This document shows, one piece after another, positions 1-9,972 of a stretch of 64,000 nucleotides of DNA. Within the stretch, counting starts at the first letter, position 1. Each line of letters opens with the position of its first letter. This DNA is from Halorutilales archaeon Cl-col2-1 (lineage in GTDB: Archaea; Halobacteriota; Halobacteria; Halobacteriales; Afararchaeaceae): assembly GCA_041891055.1 (NCBI GenBank), contig CP169074.1, positions 480,001 to 544,000 of the forward strand, given 5' to 3'. A program made the translations under genes and the position numbers. The notes below the pieces were generated by a model. The model saw nothing but the letters and a program-made list of their open reading frames with translations, was not told the DNA's origin and made no database searches.

Positions 1-854
1 AGACACGTGAGGTTATCGAGAGAACGAAACGTGAGACACAGAGCATGTTCGGAGTAAACATAGTCGTAGATCCCGACGCGAAAGAGATACCGACGGAGAC
101 ACACGTCGATATCTGTCTTGACGAGGGCATCGAGATATTCTCGTTTTCATTCGGCGAGGCGGCTCCATATGTCGAAAAGATACAGTCCCAGGGAGGAAAA
201 GTTCTCGAGACAGTTGGGAGTGCTCAAGAAGCAAGGGAGGCTGTGGATGCTGGAGTGGACATAGTAGTTGCTCAGGGATGGGAGGCAGGCGGACACGTTG
301 AGAGCGACGTAGCCACACTCCCGCTGATCCCTCGCGTACGCGACGCAGTCCCCGATACACCGGTGGTTGCGGCTGGGGGAATCTCAGACGGAAGAGGTGT
401 TGCTTCCGTTCTAACACTAGGCGCCGACGGTGCGTGGCTAGGGACGCGTTTCGTCGCGACTCACGAGGCTTATGCTCACCAGATTTATCAGGATAGTATA
501 TCTCAAGCCGACGAGACGGAGACCGTCTATACCACACTGTTCGACAGAGGATGGGAGGGGGTTCCTCACAGAGTGATCGAGAACCAGACGGTCTCCGAAG
601 CAAAACACACAGAAGACAAGCCGAGCGAGAGCGAGGTAATCGCAGTCACCGACGACGAGAGACGGATTCGAAGATACGAGGACGCGCTTGGAGTTCCCGG
701 AATGGAGGGGAACTTAGAGGAACTACCCCTCTACGCGGGACAGAGTTCGGGTCTAATCGACGAGGTAAAGCCCGCCAAAGAGGTCATAACCGATCTCGTG
801 GACGGAGCTACTAAAGCTCTCGAAGAGACGTGTACGGATCAGGTAGAGGGCTGA
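1..854 (+). CDS. Nitronate monooxygenase / FMN-dependent oxidoreductase (5' end outside window)
   Basis: QGWEAGGH, AAGGISDGRG and GAWLGTRF motifs; frame is open back to the window start. Confidence 0.9.
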   Translation, partial: TREVIERTKRETQSMFGVNIVVDPDAKEIPTETHVDICLDEGIEIFSFSFGEAAPYVEKIQSQGGKVLETVGSAQEAREAVDAGVDIVVAQGWEAGGHVESDVATLPLIPRVRDAVPDTPVVAAGGISDGRGVASVLTLGADGAWLGTRFVATHEAYAHQIYQDSISQADETETVYTTLFDRGWEGVPHRVIENQTVSEAKHTEDKPSESEVIAVTDDERRIRRYEDALGVPGMEGNLEELPLYAGQSSGLIDEVKPAKEVITDLVDGATKALEETCTDQVEG

Positions 855-857
855 TCC

Positions 858-1118
858 TCAGCCGTCCTCTGTCTCATCGGGATCGGTGACCTCTATCTGA
901 GTCATACCTCCCTGGCTTGTCGATTCCTTCGAGACAGTCTTAGACGTCTCGAACTCTACTCCCGGAATCCTCGACAGTGTCTCGAAGGTCTCCGACGGAT
1001 CTATACGTATCTCCGACGGCTTCTGTACTGTGACGTTGGGGAGTGGACCTTTTCCTCTTATACGTATCTCGTCTTCGTCGACAGTCATACATCCTCGGAA
1101 GAATCTGTTGTGCGACAT
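858..1118 (-). CDS. Hypothetical protein, 86 aa
   Basis: Acidic ORF with host-like codon usage filling the gap between neighbours. Confidence 0.55.
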   Translation of the reverse strand: MSHNRFFRGCMTVDEDEIRIRGKGPLPNVTVQKPSEIRIDPSETFETLSRIPGVEFETSKTVSKESTSQGGMTQIEVTDPDETEDG

Positions 1119-1230
1119 CCGTATGTATACTCACTGTTTGAGGTCTTAGGGTTTGGGGCACCCGATCCGACCGAATCCGAGTACCGAACTCGTACAAGGT
1201 TTTATGTTGAAGACCTTCCCATTAAGATCA

Positions 1231-1569
1231 ATGTCGGATGACTCGGACCGCGATCGGAGCCAGAGCCAGGGTCAGGATCAGGATCAGAATCAGAATCAGA
1301 ACCAGGACTTCCCACCGAGCAAGAAGGAGTTCAAGGAGCTGATCTCAGAGGGTGGGGATCTCAGCGACCTCGAAGGTTTCGACGAGTCAGTTACGGAGCT
1401 GTCTCTTGAGGAGCTCCTTCACGACTACAAGTGCCTCGACTGCGAGGCACTCTGGAGCTACTGGAGCAGTCTTCATATCGAGACCGAGTACTGCCCCAAC
1501 TGTGGCTCTGACAGAGTACTCACGACTAGAGAGCTCGACTCGCTGAGACGTGAGTCGAAGTCGGAGTAG
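1231..1569 (+). CDS. Small acidic zinc-ribbon protein
   Basis: CLDC...CPNCGS motif; ATG at 1231 follows TTTATG promoter-like sequence; QD/QN hexamer repeat at N-terminus. Confidence 0.7.
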   Translation: MSDDSDRDRSQSQGQDQDQNQNQNQDFPPSKKEFKELISEGGDLSDLEGFDESVTELSLEELLHDYKCLDCEALWSYWSSLHIETEYCPNCGSDRVLTTRELDSLRRESKSE

Positions 1570-1594
1570 CTCGAAACACGCCGAAGAGAAAGAC

Positions 1595-1726
1595 ATGGCT
1601 CCCGAACCGAAGACGAATATGAACGGCTGTCCCACATGCGGAGAAGATCTCAGAACGAGACACTGTAAGATACTCTGCCCCAACTGCGGCGTAGTAGCCG
1701 ACTGCTCCGACCCGTTCTATCTGTAA
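1595..1726 (+). CDS. Small CPxCG zinc-finger protein (HVO_2523-like), 43 aa, not in ORF track
   Basis: Manual translation MAPEPKTNMNGCPTCGEDLRTRHCKILCPNCGVVADCSDPFYL. Confidence 0.8.
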   Translation: MAPEPKTNMNGCPTCGEDLRTRHCKILCPNCGVVADCSDPFYL

Positions 1727-1736
1727 TCCTCTATTC

Positions 1737-2210
1737 TCAGAGAAGATCGGTGACGTCTCCCTTGACGACCGTCTCGCAGTAATGGCACTGGAGTTCAGCT
1801 GACTCCATCTCGTGAGGAACCACAACGTCGAAACGCGTCTCAACAGGTTCGTCGGTGTTGGTTATGCAGTTGGGGTTGGGACAGTCGAGTATTCCAACTA
1901 TACAGTCAGGCATAGAGACCTCGTACTTCTCGACGACATCGTACTCACGTATCATGTTGACAGTCACCTCGGGTGCTATCAGAGCGATTATAGCCGCTTC
2001 GTCCTCCTCTATCTCTCTTCCCTCGACCTTGACTATGTCCTTCTTACCCATCTGTTCGCTCGGGACGTTCATAGCGACGCTGACTGTGTCGCGTGTCGAC
2101 TCATCTATCCCGAGTATATGAAGTACGTCGATAGACTGTCCCTGTGGTATGTGATCGATCACGGTTCCGTTACGTATCGGACTTATCCTGAGTTCCTCCA
2201 TCTCAGTCAC
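1737..2210 (-). CDS. pyrI: Aspartate carbamoyltransferase regulatory subunit
   Basis: [22 protein letters not shown] motifs; overlaps pyrB. Confidence 0.97.
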   Translation of the reverse strand: MTEMEELRISPIRNGTVIDHIPQGQSIDVLHILGIDESTRDTVSVAMNVPSEQMGKKDIVKVEGREIEEDEAAIIALIAPEVTVNMIREYDVVEKYEVSMPDCIVGILDCPNPNCITNTDEPVETRFDVVVPHEMESAELQCHYCETVVKGDVTDLL

Positions 2211-3096
2211 CTCCTAAGACTAAGTCGAGTATAGCCATTCTGACCTCGACTCCGTTGTGTGCCTGTTCGAAGTACTTCGCCTGTGGCATCGAGTCGACCT
2301 CGGGGGTTATCTCGTCTACCCGGGGAAGAGGATGCATCAGACCGAGTTCGTCCTTAGCGGACTCTAGGGTCTCAGGTGTTATCTGGTACGAGTCCGAGAC
2401 CTTCCTGTACTCCGACTCGTCTGGGAACCTCTCTTCCTGTATCCTCGTCGCGTAGAGGACGTCGAGTTCGTCGATTACACCGTCGAGATCCTCAGTCTCC
2501 TCGAAGTCGGCGTCGGAGTTATCGAGGTCGAAACGCACCCGCTCTGGGAGACGTAGCTGAGGAGGCGATATGAACTTCATGGTGACGTCGAACTTCGTGA
2601 GAGCGAGAGCGAGCGAGTGTACAGTCCTGCCGTACTTGAGATCCCCGAGTATACCCACCGTGAGGTCTTCGAGACCGCTGTTCTGTCTCATGGTGTAGAG
2701 ATCGAGAAGTGTCTGTGTCGGATGCTGACCCGTGCCATCGCCCGCGTTTATGACAGGGACGTCTACGAACTCCGAGGCGAGACGTGCAGACCCCTCCTTG
2801 GGATGGCGTATGACTATCGCGTCGGCGTATCCCTCTATGACTCTCACGGTGTCTGCGAGCGTCTCGCCCTTCTTCACGCTACTCGACTCGACGCTTCCGA
2901 GGTCGATACTCCTCCCTCCGAGACGTTTGACTGCGGTGTCGAAGCTCATACGTGTACGCGTCGACGGCTCGAAGAAGAGAAGTGCCAGAACCTTGTCGGA
3001 GAGTTCCGATCCCGAGCCTTCGATCTCAGAAGCCCTGTCGAGAACCGACTCTATCTCGGCTCTCGACATCTCCTTTATACTGATGATACTGTCCAT
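2203..3096 (-). CDS. pyrB: Aspartate carbamoyltransferase catalytic subunit
   Basis: [26 protein letters not shown] motifs. Confidence 0.98.
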   Translation of the reverse strand: MDSIISIKEMSRAEIESVLDRASEIEGSGSELSDKVLALLFFEPSTRTRMSFDTAVKRLGGRSIDLGSVESSSVKKGETLADTVRVIEGYADAIVIRHPKEGSARLASEFVDVPVINAGDGTGQHPTQTLLDLYTMRQNSGLEDLTVGILGDLKYGRTVHSLALALTKFDVTMKFISPPQLRLPERVRFDLDNSDADFEETEDLDGVIDELDVLYATRIQEERFPDESEYRKVSDSYQITPETLESAKDELGLMHPLPRVDEITPEVDSMPQAKYFEQAHNGVEVRMAILDLVLGGD

Positions 3097-3162
3097 TCCG
3101 GCTTGAGTATCGGTGTCCGAATAAAAAATCTTTCCTGATACTGCGGTGGATCGAGCTCAGAC

Positions 3163-4980
3163 TCAGTCCGCCTGTGTTCCCATCTCGGTGTCATCGGAAC
3201 CCGCGTTCGAGTTTAGCTCCTCGACAGCGTGTCCAATCTCGTTGACCCTCGACGTCTGCTCCTGGTTCGACGCCGCTATGTCCTTTATCTCGTCGGCGAC
3301 CTGATCCGCCTTCTCCGCAGCCTCATCTATCATGCTAGCGACCTCTTCTGTCGAAGCCGCTTGGTCGTCGGTGGCGTCGGCGACCTCGTTCATTCCCTGT
3401 GACGCCTCACGGACGGCGTCGGCAATCTGACTCAGGCTGTCTCCGGCGTCCTCAACCATCTCGACGCCCTCGGAGATCTCCTCGTTGGCAGTGTCAAGGC
3501 TCTCGACTGTCTCCTCTGTGTTCTCCTGTATCTCGTTGACTATCTTCTCTATCTCTGTCGCACGTTCCTGCGACTGTTCGGCGAGATCCTTGACCTCGTC
3601 GGCGACGACTGCGAATCCGTCGCCCGCCTCTCCCGCCCTCGCAGCCTCTATGCTCGCGTTGAGTGCGAGGAGGTTAGTCTGGTCTGCTATGTCGTTTATG
3701 ACGTCTACGATCTCGTCTATCTCCTCGACGTTCTCGCGGAGACGGTAGACATCCTCCGAGACCTCGTTCGCGGCGTCCTCGACGTTCGCCATAGTCTCAA
3801 CCGCCTTCGTAGCCGACTCCTGACCGTCCTCGGCGAGATCCTCCGCCTCTTCGCTCTTGGCGTTGACCTGGTTCGCACTCGAAGCGATCTCCTCGACAGT
3901 CGCACTCAGGTTCGAGATCTCCGACGATATCTGTTCTATCGACTCCGACTGCTCGTCGGCAAGCTGGCTTATCTCCTGTGAGCTGTCGGAGACGCCCTCG
4001 GAGGTTCTCTGGAGGTCGTCTATCGACTGCTCTATCTGTGAAGAGACTTCTTTGCGTCTCTCTAGCTCTTCCTCCATCTGCTGACTGTACGAATGTATGT
4101 AGGTGTCCATCGCCATCTGCTGGTCGAGGTTGGCGAGACGCAGAAAAGACATAGCCCTATCGACGGTCTCGTCGACTGCGTCCTCGACGTCCTGGGAGGT
4201 GACCTGGGAAGACGGGGCTTGTGAGGCAGCTTCGGACGTACGGGTGCCACCGTCTGTGGCTGTCGTCTCCGTCTCGTCGTCGGCTCCTGTCTGAGTCTCT
4301 AACTCATCTGAGGCGCCGAATCCGAGGAAGGAAGAGACCTTCGACGCCGCCCTGTGTAGAACTGACCCTTCCTCGTCGTCTGTCCCGGTTCCGGTTCCGG
4401 TCTCAGTAGCCGTATCCGTCGGTGTCTCCTTCGGTGATTCGGTGGATCGGGTCGGAGCCATACCTCGCTCCTTGTCTGTGACACCGACGCCACCTCCGTC
4501 TGTCATCTCCTCGTTCTCCGTGTACTCGTCTTTGACGTCCTCGGCTATGGCTTCTAGTACGCCTTCGTAGTACATCGAGTAAGCCCCGAGGTAGATCTTG
4601 GGACCGAGGTCGAGTATGTCGTGGATCTTTCCTATACGTGCCCTGTCCTCGAAGTAACCCTTACCGTACTCTCCGCTTCCGAGATCGACGAGGTACTCCT
4701 TCTGTGTCCGTTTAAGCTGTTCGACTGTTCTCGTCGACTTCGAGAGGATCTCCTTAGTCTCGGAGTAATCCTGGAGATGTCCGTAGAACTCCTCGACGAG
4801 ATCGTCCTGTATATCCTCGAAGACGTGTGACATCTCTTCGAGACGGCGCTCGTCCTCTCTCGTAAAGCCCGTGTACTCCTTCCTCCACTCTATCTCCTGT
4901 CTGTCTACCCCTATCTCATCCACGAGACTCTCACCGTCAACCCGGTGTCGGATAGCCTCGCCTCCCTCAGATCCTGACAT
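3163..4980 (-). CDS. hemAT: Globin-coupled aerotaxis transducer (HemAT-like MCP)
   Basis: N-terminal protoglobin ([13 protein letters not shown]...DQQMAMDTY) plus MCP hairpin [34 protein letters not shown]. Confidence 0.92.
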   Translation of the reverse strand: MSGSEGGEAIRHRVDGESLVDEIGVDRQEIEWRKEYTGFTREDERRLEEMSHVFEDIQDDLVEEFYGHLQDYSETKEILSKSTRTVEQLKRTQKEYLVDLGSGEYGKGYFEDRARIGKIHDILDLGPKIYLGAYSMYYEGVLEAIAEDVKDEYTENEEMTDGGGVGVTDKERGMAPTRSTESPKETPTDTATETGTGTGTDDEEGSVLHRAASKVSSFLGFGASDELETQTGADDETETTATDGGTRTSEAASQAPSSQVTSQDVEDAVDETVDRAMSFLRLANLDQQMAMDTYIHSYSQQMEEELERRKEVSSQIEQSIDDLQRTSEGVSDSSQEISQLADEQSESIEQISSEISNLSATVEEIASSANQVNAKSEEAEDLAEDGQESATKAVETMANVEDAANEVSEDVYRLRENVEEIDEIVDVINDIADQTNLLALNASIEAARAGEAGDGFAVVADEVKDLAEQSQERATEIEKIVNEIQENTEETVESLDTANEEISEGVEMVEDAGDSLSQIADAVREASQGMNEVADATDDQAASTEEVASMIDEAAEKADQVADEIKDIAASNQEQTSRVNEIGHAVEELNSNAGSDDTEMGTQAD

Positions 4981-5024
4981 GGAGTAACGTTGGATCTACT
5001 CGCATAAATATCTGGGTACTCGGG

Positions 5025-6383
5025 TTACGACGACGAGTTGGAGGCGGCTTCTGAGTCCGTCTCGGACTCCGCCTCCGAGACGGGTATCACGGCTCTGGAG
5101 TCGGTCACTGCGTACGCGTCTATCTTCGTAGGCAGATTACGTGCCACGGTTCGGACGTTTTCGGGAGTGTCGCCCGCTACGACGAGGTCGTATCCCGAGT
5201 CGGGAGCCGTAACGACCACTGTATCACTTCCCTGTAACGGCGACTCGACGAACTCGGAGGGAACGTCGGCGTCCATTCCCTTTCCGCGCAGGAAGCCGTA
5301 CGTCGTCACGAGGACGTCTGTGTTCGACGGTGACGGGCTCTCACCGTATACCGCAAAAGACCTGCGTCCCGCGTCCTTGAGGTCACGTCTGATGCCCACC
5401 GACGCGGAGGCGAGCGAATGGGACGTATACCTTACCGTGGCGTCGTCGCCGACTACGTAGGGGTAGTCGAGGAGGTCGCGTCTTCTGTCTCCACTCACGA
5501 GGAACTCGGCTATGTTCGAGATCAGAACCTCGTTGTCGGCGACGTTGTACTTACCTCCTTCGAGGAAGGTCGTGTCTCCCACGCCTAAGACGTTGCCGTT
5601 GACAACTGAGACCGAGTAAGCTCCCGGTGAGTCGCCGCCCGATCTCCTGGTTCCCGGAACCGCAGTCGCTACTGTGACACCGCGTGTTGACGAGACGTGG
5701 GTAGCTGTGTAAGTGGAGATACGGTTGACTCCGTCGGCGATGTCGGAGCCTGCACGTCCCGAGGCGAGGACGTTCTTGTAGTTGCCGTCGGTCGCGTCAG
5801 ACTCCATGTTGTAGAGGTAGTCGGAGCCGAATCTCAGACCGAACCTCGAAGCCAACGGGTTGATGTAGCTCTCCTCCGACGTAGTTCCGAGGACTCCGAG
5901 ACGTGAATCCGAGGGTTCGCCGAGAAGGAGGAGACGTCCACCGTCGTCGACGAAGGACTCGACTGCGTTAATCTCACGTTCGGAGTAACTCCTTCCGGGG
6001 TCGGCGACAACGAAGGCGTCTGCCCGGCTAAGTGTCTCGCCCAGATCCCTTCTTTCTTCGAGGTACTCGACCTCGTATCCCGTTTCGGTGACCGTAGAGA
6101 CTACTGAGTCGATCCCATCACGTGTTATACGGTTAGAGTGTGCGAGGTCGACCGCTACGACTCCCGTGTCGGGGCTGAGGTTGACGTCTGTCCTCCCCGA
6201 CGACTCCAGCCTATTGGGTGTCAGGTCGGACGTGTCGTAGATATCGGTGTCGGACCGGGCTGACTCCAGCCCTGCTTCGAGGTACGTCGAGACTCCCGAA
6301 ACCATCACGACAGCTACGACTATCCCTAAGAAGATAACGAGTCGTTTTGTGACTTCGGAGTTACCGTCGTTATCTCGTGGCAT
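5025..6383 (-). CDS. Membrane-anchored DUF4350/GldG-like (class I GATase-like fold) protein
   Basis: N-terminal TM; VAVDLAHSN and FVDDGGRLLLLGEP motifs; coupled to sppA. Confidence 0.7.
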   Translation of the reverse strand: MPRDNDGNSEVTKRLVIFLGIVVAVVMVSGVSTYLEAGLESARSDTDIYDTSDLTPNRLESSGRTDVNLSPDTGVVAVDLAHSNRITRDGIDSVVSTVTETGYEVEYLEERRDLGETLSRADAFVVADPGRSYSEREINAVESFVDDGGRLLLLGEPSDSRLGVLGTTSEESYINPLASRFGLRFGSDYLYNMESDATDGNYKNVLASGRAGSDIADGVNRISTYTATHVSSTRGVTVATAVPGTRRSGGDSPGAYSVSVVNGNVLGVGDTTFLEGGKYNVADNEVLISNIAEFLVSGDRRRDLLDYPYVVGDDATVRYTSHSLASASVGIRRDLKDAGRRSFAVYGESPSPSNTDVLVTTYGFLRGKGMDADVPSEFVESPLQGSDTVVVTAPDSGYDLVVAGDTPENVRTVARNLPTKIDAYAVTDSRAVIPVSEAESETDSEAASNSSS

Positions 6384-7317
6384 TTTCCACCTCCGCCGTC
6401 TCCCATGTCCGTGTGGAGTTTCCGGAGACCAACTCGGGAGGAAGCATAACGGGATTAGGGAACTCGGTTCGCGTGTCGACTCCGGTTATGTAGGAGGGGT
6501 CAACGAGCTTCTTCTCGGAGGCGTCCGACGCGACGTAGTTGGAACGCGAGATGAAACGCACTATTCCGTCGCGTCTCATACGTGTCACGGAGTAGCTTTC
6601 CATTCCCGCTAACTCTGCCGCCTTTTCTGCTGCGGCGTCCAAGCCACCTATCTCGTCGGCGATGCCGTTCTCGACAGCCGTAGGACCCGAGTATAGCTTA
6701 GCGTACTCAACCTCTTCCCTCGTTATGTTTAGGTCGTCATCCCTGTGCTTCATCACCGATCCCACGAACGCCCTCTTCGCTGTCTCTATACGGTAGTACC
6801 AGTCCCTCTCGTCCCCCGCATTGAGCTTGTTGGGTCCTGTGGTTATCACGCCCTCTACCGACCCGGGGTTCTGTGGCATCTGCATCACGACGCCGACGCT
6901 CCCGATGAAGGACGACGGCTTAGCATAGATCTCATCGCTCGGGAGTGACGAATAGTAGGCTCCCGACGCCGCCGACGAGTCTACACTCGTCACCACGGGC
7001 ATCTCGTCCGCCGTCCTCAGAACTTCGAGGTAGATCGTCTCGCTCGCCGACGCCGACCCGCCGGGACTATTGACTCTCAAAACTACCGCCTCGACCCCGG
7101 GGTCGTTTCTCGCTCTTTCGAGCATCCCTGTCACCGTGGTCGCAGTACTACCGTCTATGCTTCCTTCGAGAGGAACGACTGCGACCTCACCCTCTGTCGT
7201 AAGCCAGCCTGAAACCACGGGAGAGATCATGAGACCTAAGAGGAGTGCGGCGGCGACAAGGGCTACGTAAGACCTTCCGATCCTCGTGAGGACGTCGGGT
7301 ATCTCTGGTCTCCACAT
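6370..7317 (-). CDS. sppA: S49 family peptidase (signal peptide peptidase SppA-like)
   Basis: LRVNSPGG, AASGAYY, GSVGV motifs; start chosen at MWRPEIP. Confidence 0.88.
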   Translation of the reverse strand: MWRPEIPDVLTRIGRSYVALVAAALLLGLMISPVVSGWLTTEGEVAVVPLEGSIDGSTATTVTGMLERARNDPGVEAVVLRVNSPGGSASASETIYLEVLRTADEMPVVTSVDSSAASGAYYSSLPSDEIYAKPSSFIGSVGVVMQMPQNPGSVEGVITTGPNKLNAGDERDWYYRIETAKRAFVGSVMKHRDDDLNITREEVEYAKLYSGPTAVENGIADEIGGLDAAAEKAAELAGMESYSVTRMRRDGIVRFISRSNYVASDASEKKLVDPSYITGVDTRTEFPNPVMLPPELVSGNSTRTWETAEVENATR

Positions 7318-7480
7318 CTGAGCCAATTTGGTGTCGGAGTCCCAAAAACACACGGGTTCGGGACTCCGCTCCCCGGTTCCTCCTCCTCTGGGTATAGTTA
7401 GACTTTTGTTGGAATCGGTACTATCGTGTGTCAACACGTGACAGAGACACAGTCTTCCGGGAAGGTAGGAGCCGACGGAG

Positions 7481-7960
7481 GTGCGTGAAAAGATCCGTTC
7501 GCGGGAAACCGGTACTAGAACGGATCGGGGGTCGAGACGTGTCGCAGTCGACATAAGCGGGAGACATGAGAGGGAAGGCAGGTATCTCATGGTCTGTGCC
7601 GCGGTCTCAGTCGACCTAACATCCGACTCTGTCGACGAAGTCAACGAGATTGAGTACTCGGTCGTAGACACCCCCAAGAAGCCCGGCTTTGACGTCGTAG
7701 TCGACGCCGTGAGTGGCACTGTCGGAAAGATGTCCGACGACACGAGTACCGTCGTCGCCGAGGAAGGCGAGTTCTACAACAAGCCAGACTGGGTCGTCGA
7801 GGGGGCACTTGGACTGAGGCGCGGCAGGTCGTTTAAGTACATAGAAACCATAAGTGAACGTAAGGCGGTGGGGATAGCCCACCACGCCGCTTACGGCGGC
7901 AGGAAGCTTCTGATTGAGTACACAGACTCCAACACCAAGAATGAGAGACCGAAAGGATAA
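7481..7960 (+). CDS. DUF2209-like conserved archaeal protein
   Basis: VAVDISGRH...YLMVCAAV and AHHAAY motifs; start uncertain. Confidence 0.7.
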   Translation: MREKIRSRETGTRTDRGSRRVAVDISGRHEREGRYLMVCAAVSVDLTSDSVDEVNEIEYSVVDTPKKPGFDVVVDAVSGTVGKMSDDTSTVVAEEGEFYNKPDWVVEGALGLRRGRSFKYIETISERKAVGIAHHAAYGGRKLLIEYTDSNTKNERPKG

Positions 7961-9299
7961 GGCAGTAATTGTAAAACGCGTCGGCTCGGGCGAGACGGCT
8001 GACACGTCCGAGATAACCGAGTTATCTGAGTCGGCAGGGTACGAGATAGTCGGCGAAATCACACAGTCGAGGAAACAGGACCCCGCGTACCAGATAGGAC
8101 GCGGAAAGGCGGACGAAGTAGCGCGTCTCGCTGAGACGGAAGACGCCGACAAGGTGATATTCGACAATCAGCTCGGTCCTTACCAGGTCTACAACCTCGG
8201 AAACGTGATAGACGCCGAGGTCATAGACCGTTTCACACTCATACTTGAGATATTCGGGCAGAGGGCAGGAAGCCGGAAGGCTCAGCTTCAGGTCGAGCTC
8301 GCGGAACTCAGATACGAGCTACCGAGGGTAGACGCCAAGACTTCGCTCGCCAAACGTGACGAGAAGCCGGGTTTCATGGGTCTCGGAGAGTACGACGAGA
8401 AACGTAAGAGCGACATAAAGGACAGGATATCGAGGATACGTGACGAACTCGACTCTCTCGCCGACAAGGAAGAGGCGTGGAGACGTGAGAGACGTAACTC
8501 GGGATTCGAACTCGTCGCCCTCGCGGGATACACCAACGCCGGAAAGTCGACTCTGATGTCGAAGCTCGCCGAGGTCGACCCCGACGAGAACGAGAGCCAT
8601 CCCGACATAGACGAGACGGCGAAGTCGGAGAACCGTCTCTTCACGACGCTCGGAACGACTACGAGGAAGATGGAGGTTCCCGGCAGGGACGTCCTTCTGA
8701 GCGACACCGTCGGATTCATAAGCGACCTCCCCCACTGGCTCGTAGACAGCTTCAAGAGTACACTCGACGAAGTCTATCTCGCAGACCTCGTCCTCCTGGT
8801 TGTCGATGTCAGCGACCCTGTCGAGGAGATGCGTGAAAAGCTCGTGACCTCACACGACACTCTCTGGGACAGGGTCGAGGCTCCGATAGTCACTGTCTTC
8901 AACAAGGCTGATCTCGTCTCCGACGAGGAGCTTGAGACAAAGATACGTGAGGTCGAGTACCTCACACCTGAGCCCGTCGTCGTGAGTGCGAAGGAAGGCG
9001 AAGGTATTGATGAGATACTTTCGAGGGTCAAGGACGAGCTTCCCGACTGGGACGAGGCGGAGGTCTCACTCTCAATGGACGACGACGGAATGAGCACCGT
9101 CTCGTGGCTCTACGACAACGCCGAGGTCTTAGACGTCGAGTACGGCGACCAGATACGTGTCGAGTTCAAGGCACGTGACGAGATCATAGCCAAGGCATAC
9201 GACAGGTCAACGGTAGAGGTCGAACCCGCGCTCGAATCAGACGCCACCGAGACGGGAGAGATCCGGAGCCGCGCCCACGCCGAGACCCAGACCCGGTGA
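7941..9299 (+). CDS. hflX: GTPase HflX
   Basis: AQLQVELAELRY, GYTNAGKS, LFTTL, DTVGFI, NKAD. Confidence 0.96.
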   Translation: MRDRKDKAVIVKRVGSGETADTSEITELSESAGYEIVGEITQSRKQDPAYQIGRGKADEVARLAETEDADKVIFDNQLGPYQVYNLGNVIDAEVIDRFTLILEIFGQRAGSRKAQLQVELAELRYELPRVDAKTSLAKRDEKPGFMGLGEYDEKRKSDIKDRISRIRDELDSLADKEEAWRRERRNSGFELVALAGYTNAGKSTLMSKLAEVDPDENESHPDIDETAKSENRLFTTLGTTTRKMEVPGRDVLLSDTVGFISDLPHWLVDSFKSTLDEVYLADLVLLVVDVSDPVEEMREKLVTSHDTLWDRVEAPIVTVFNKADLVSDEELETKIREVEYLTPEPVVVSAKEGEGIDEILSRVKDELPDWDEAEVSLSMDDDGMSTVSWLYDNAEVLDVEYGDQIRVEFKARDEIIAKAYDRSTVEVEPALESDATETGEIRSRAHAETQTR

Positions 9300-9362
9300 G
9301 AGATAAAGAAAGTATTAAAAAGAGGCAAGACAAACGGTTTAATGCGAAGAACGAAACACGGT

Positions 9363-9435
9363 GCCGCCATAGCTCAGCTGGTAGAGCACCTCGCTGTTAA
9401 CGAGGTAGTCCCAGGTTCGAGCCCTGGTGGCGGCG
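9363..9435 (+). tRNA. tRNA-Asn(GTT)
   Basis: GCCGCCA/TGGCGGC acceptor stem, CCTCG-CT-GTT-AA-CGAGG anticodon arm, GGTTCGAGCCC T arm; no intron. Confidence 0.97.
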
Positions 9436-9477
9436 CTTCTCTTATACGTCGGTCTCACTTATTTACTCAATACATCC

Positions 9478-9912
9478 ATGAATCCGGACTCGGTCATAAT
9501 ATACGACGGCGAATGTCCCTTCTGTTCGACGGCTTCTAGGGCACTCGAAAGACTCGAAGACGTCGGTGCTGTCTCGTGGTACGACGACGAAGCCCAGTGG
9601 TTCCTCGAAGCCGAGTTCGGCGAGACGCCTTTCGTCCTCTTCCTCGTCGACTCTGAGGAAGGCAAGGTATACGCTGGAGGTGACGCCGCCGAGGAGCTAG
9701 CCGACAGAGCCGGGCTTCCGGGTCTCGTGGGCGACCTTTTGGGCGACAGGTACGAGACGGTCTCGGAGGTCATACGTAAGGTCACTCGAACCGAGGGGAG
9801 TCCAGAGAGCTTCGACGGTGTCTACGAAATAGAAGACGAGGCGAACGATCTCTTCGACGAACTAGCCGAGGTGTCGGAGACGGCTGAGGACAGAAGGCGG
9901 GACACATCTTAG
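9478..9912 (+). CDS. DCC1-like thiol-disulfide oxidoreductase (DUF393)
   Basis: IYDGECPFC motif. Confidence 0.85.
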   Translation: MNPDSVIIYDGECPFCSTASRALERLEDVGAVSWYDDEAQWFLEAEFGETPFVLFLVDSEEGKVYAGGDAAEELADRAGLPGLVGDLLGDRYETVSEVIRKVTRTEGSPESFDGVYEIEDEANDLFDELAEVSETAEDRRRDTS

Positions 9913-9972
9913 CTTAATTAACCCGAAGCGTCAGACGAAACTGTCTTCTACTTAGACAGTTAAATCGGAACC

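Noticed and set aside
1255-1305. Hexamer repeat as a phase-variation switch
   Set aside because: The unit is a multiple of 3 and degenerate; similar low-complexity tails (TETETE, SQSESQ, QTQTQ) are common across this window.
7318-7743. N-terminal extension of sppA in the ORF track
   Set aside because: Overlaps the opposite-strand DUF2209-like gene; the true start is likely 7317.
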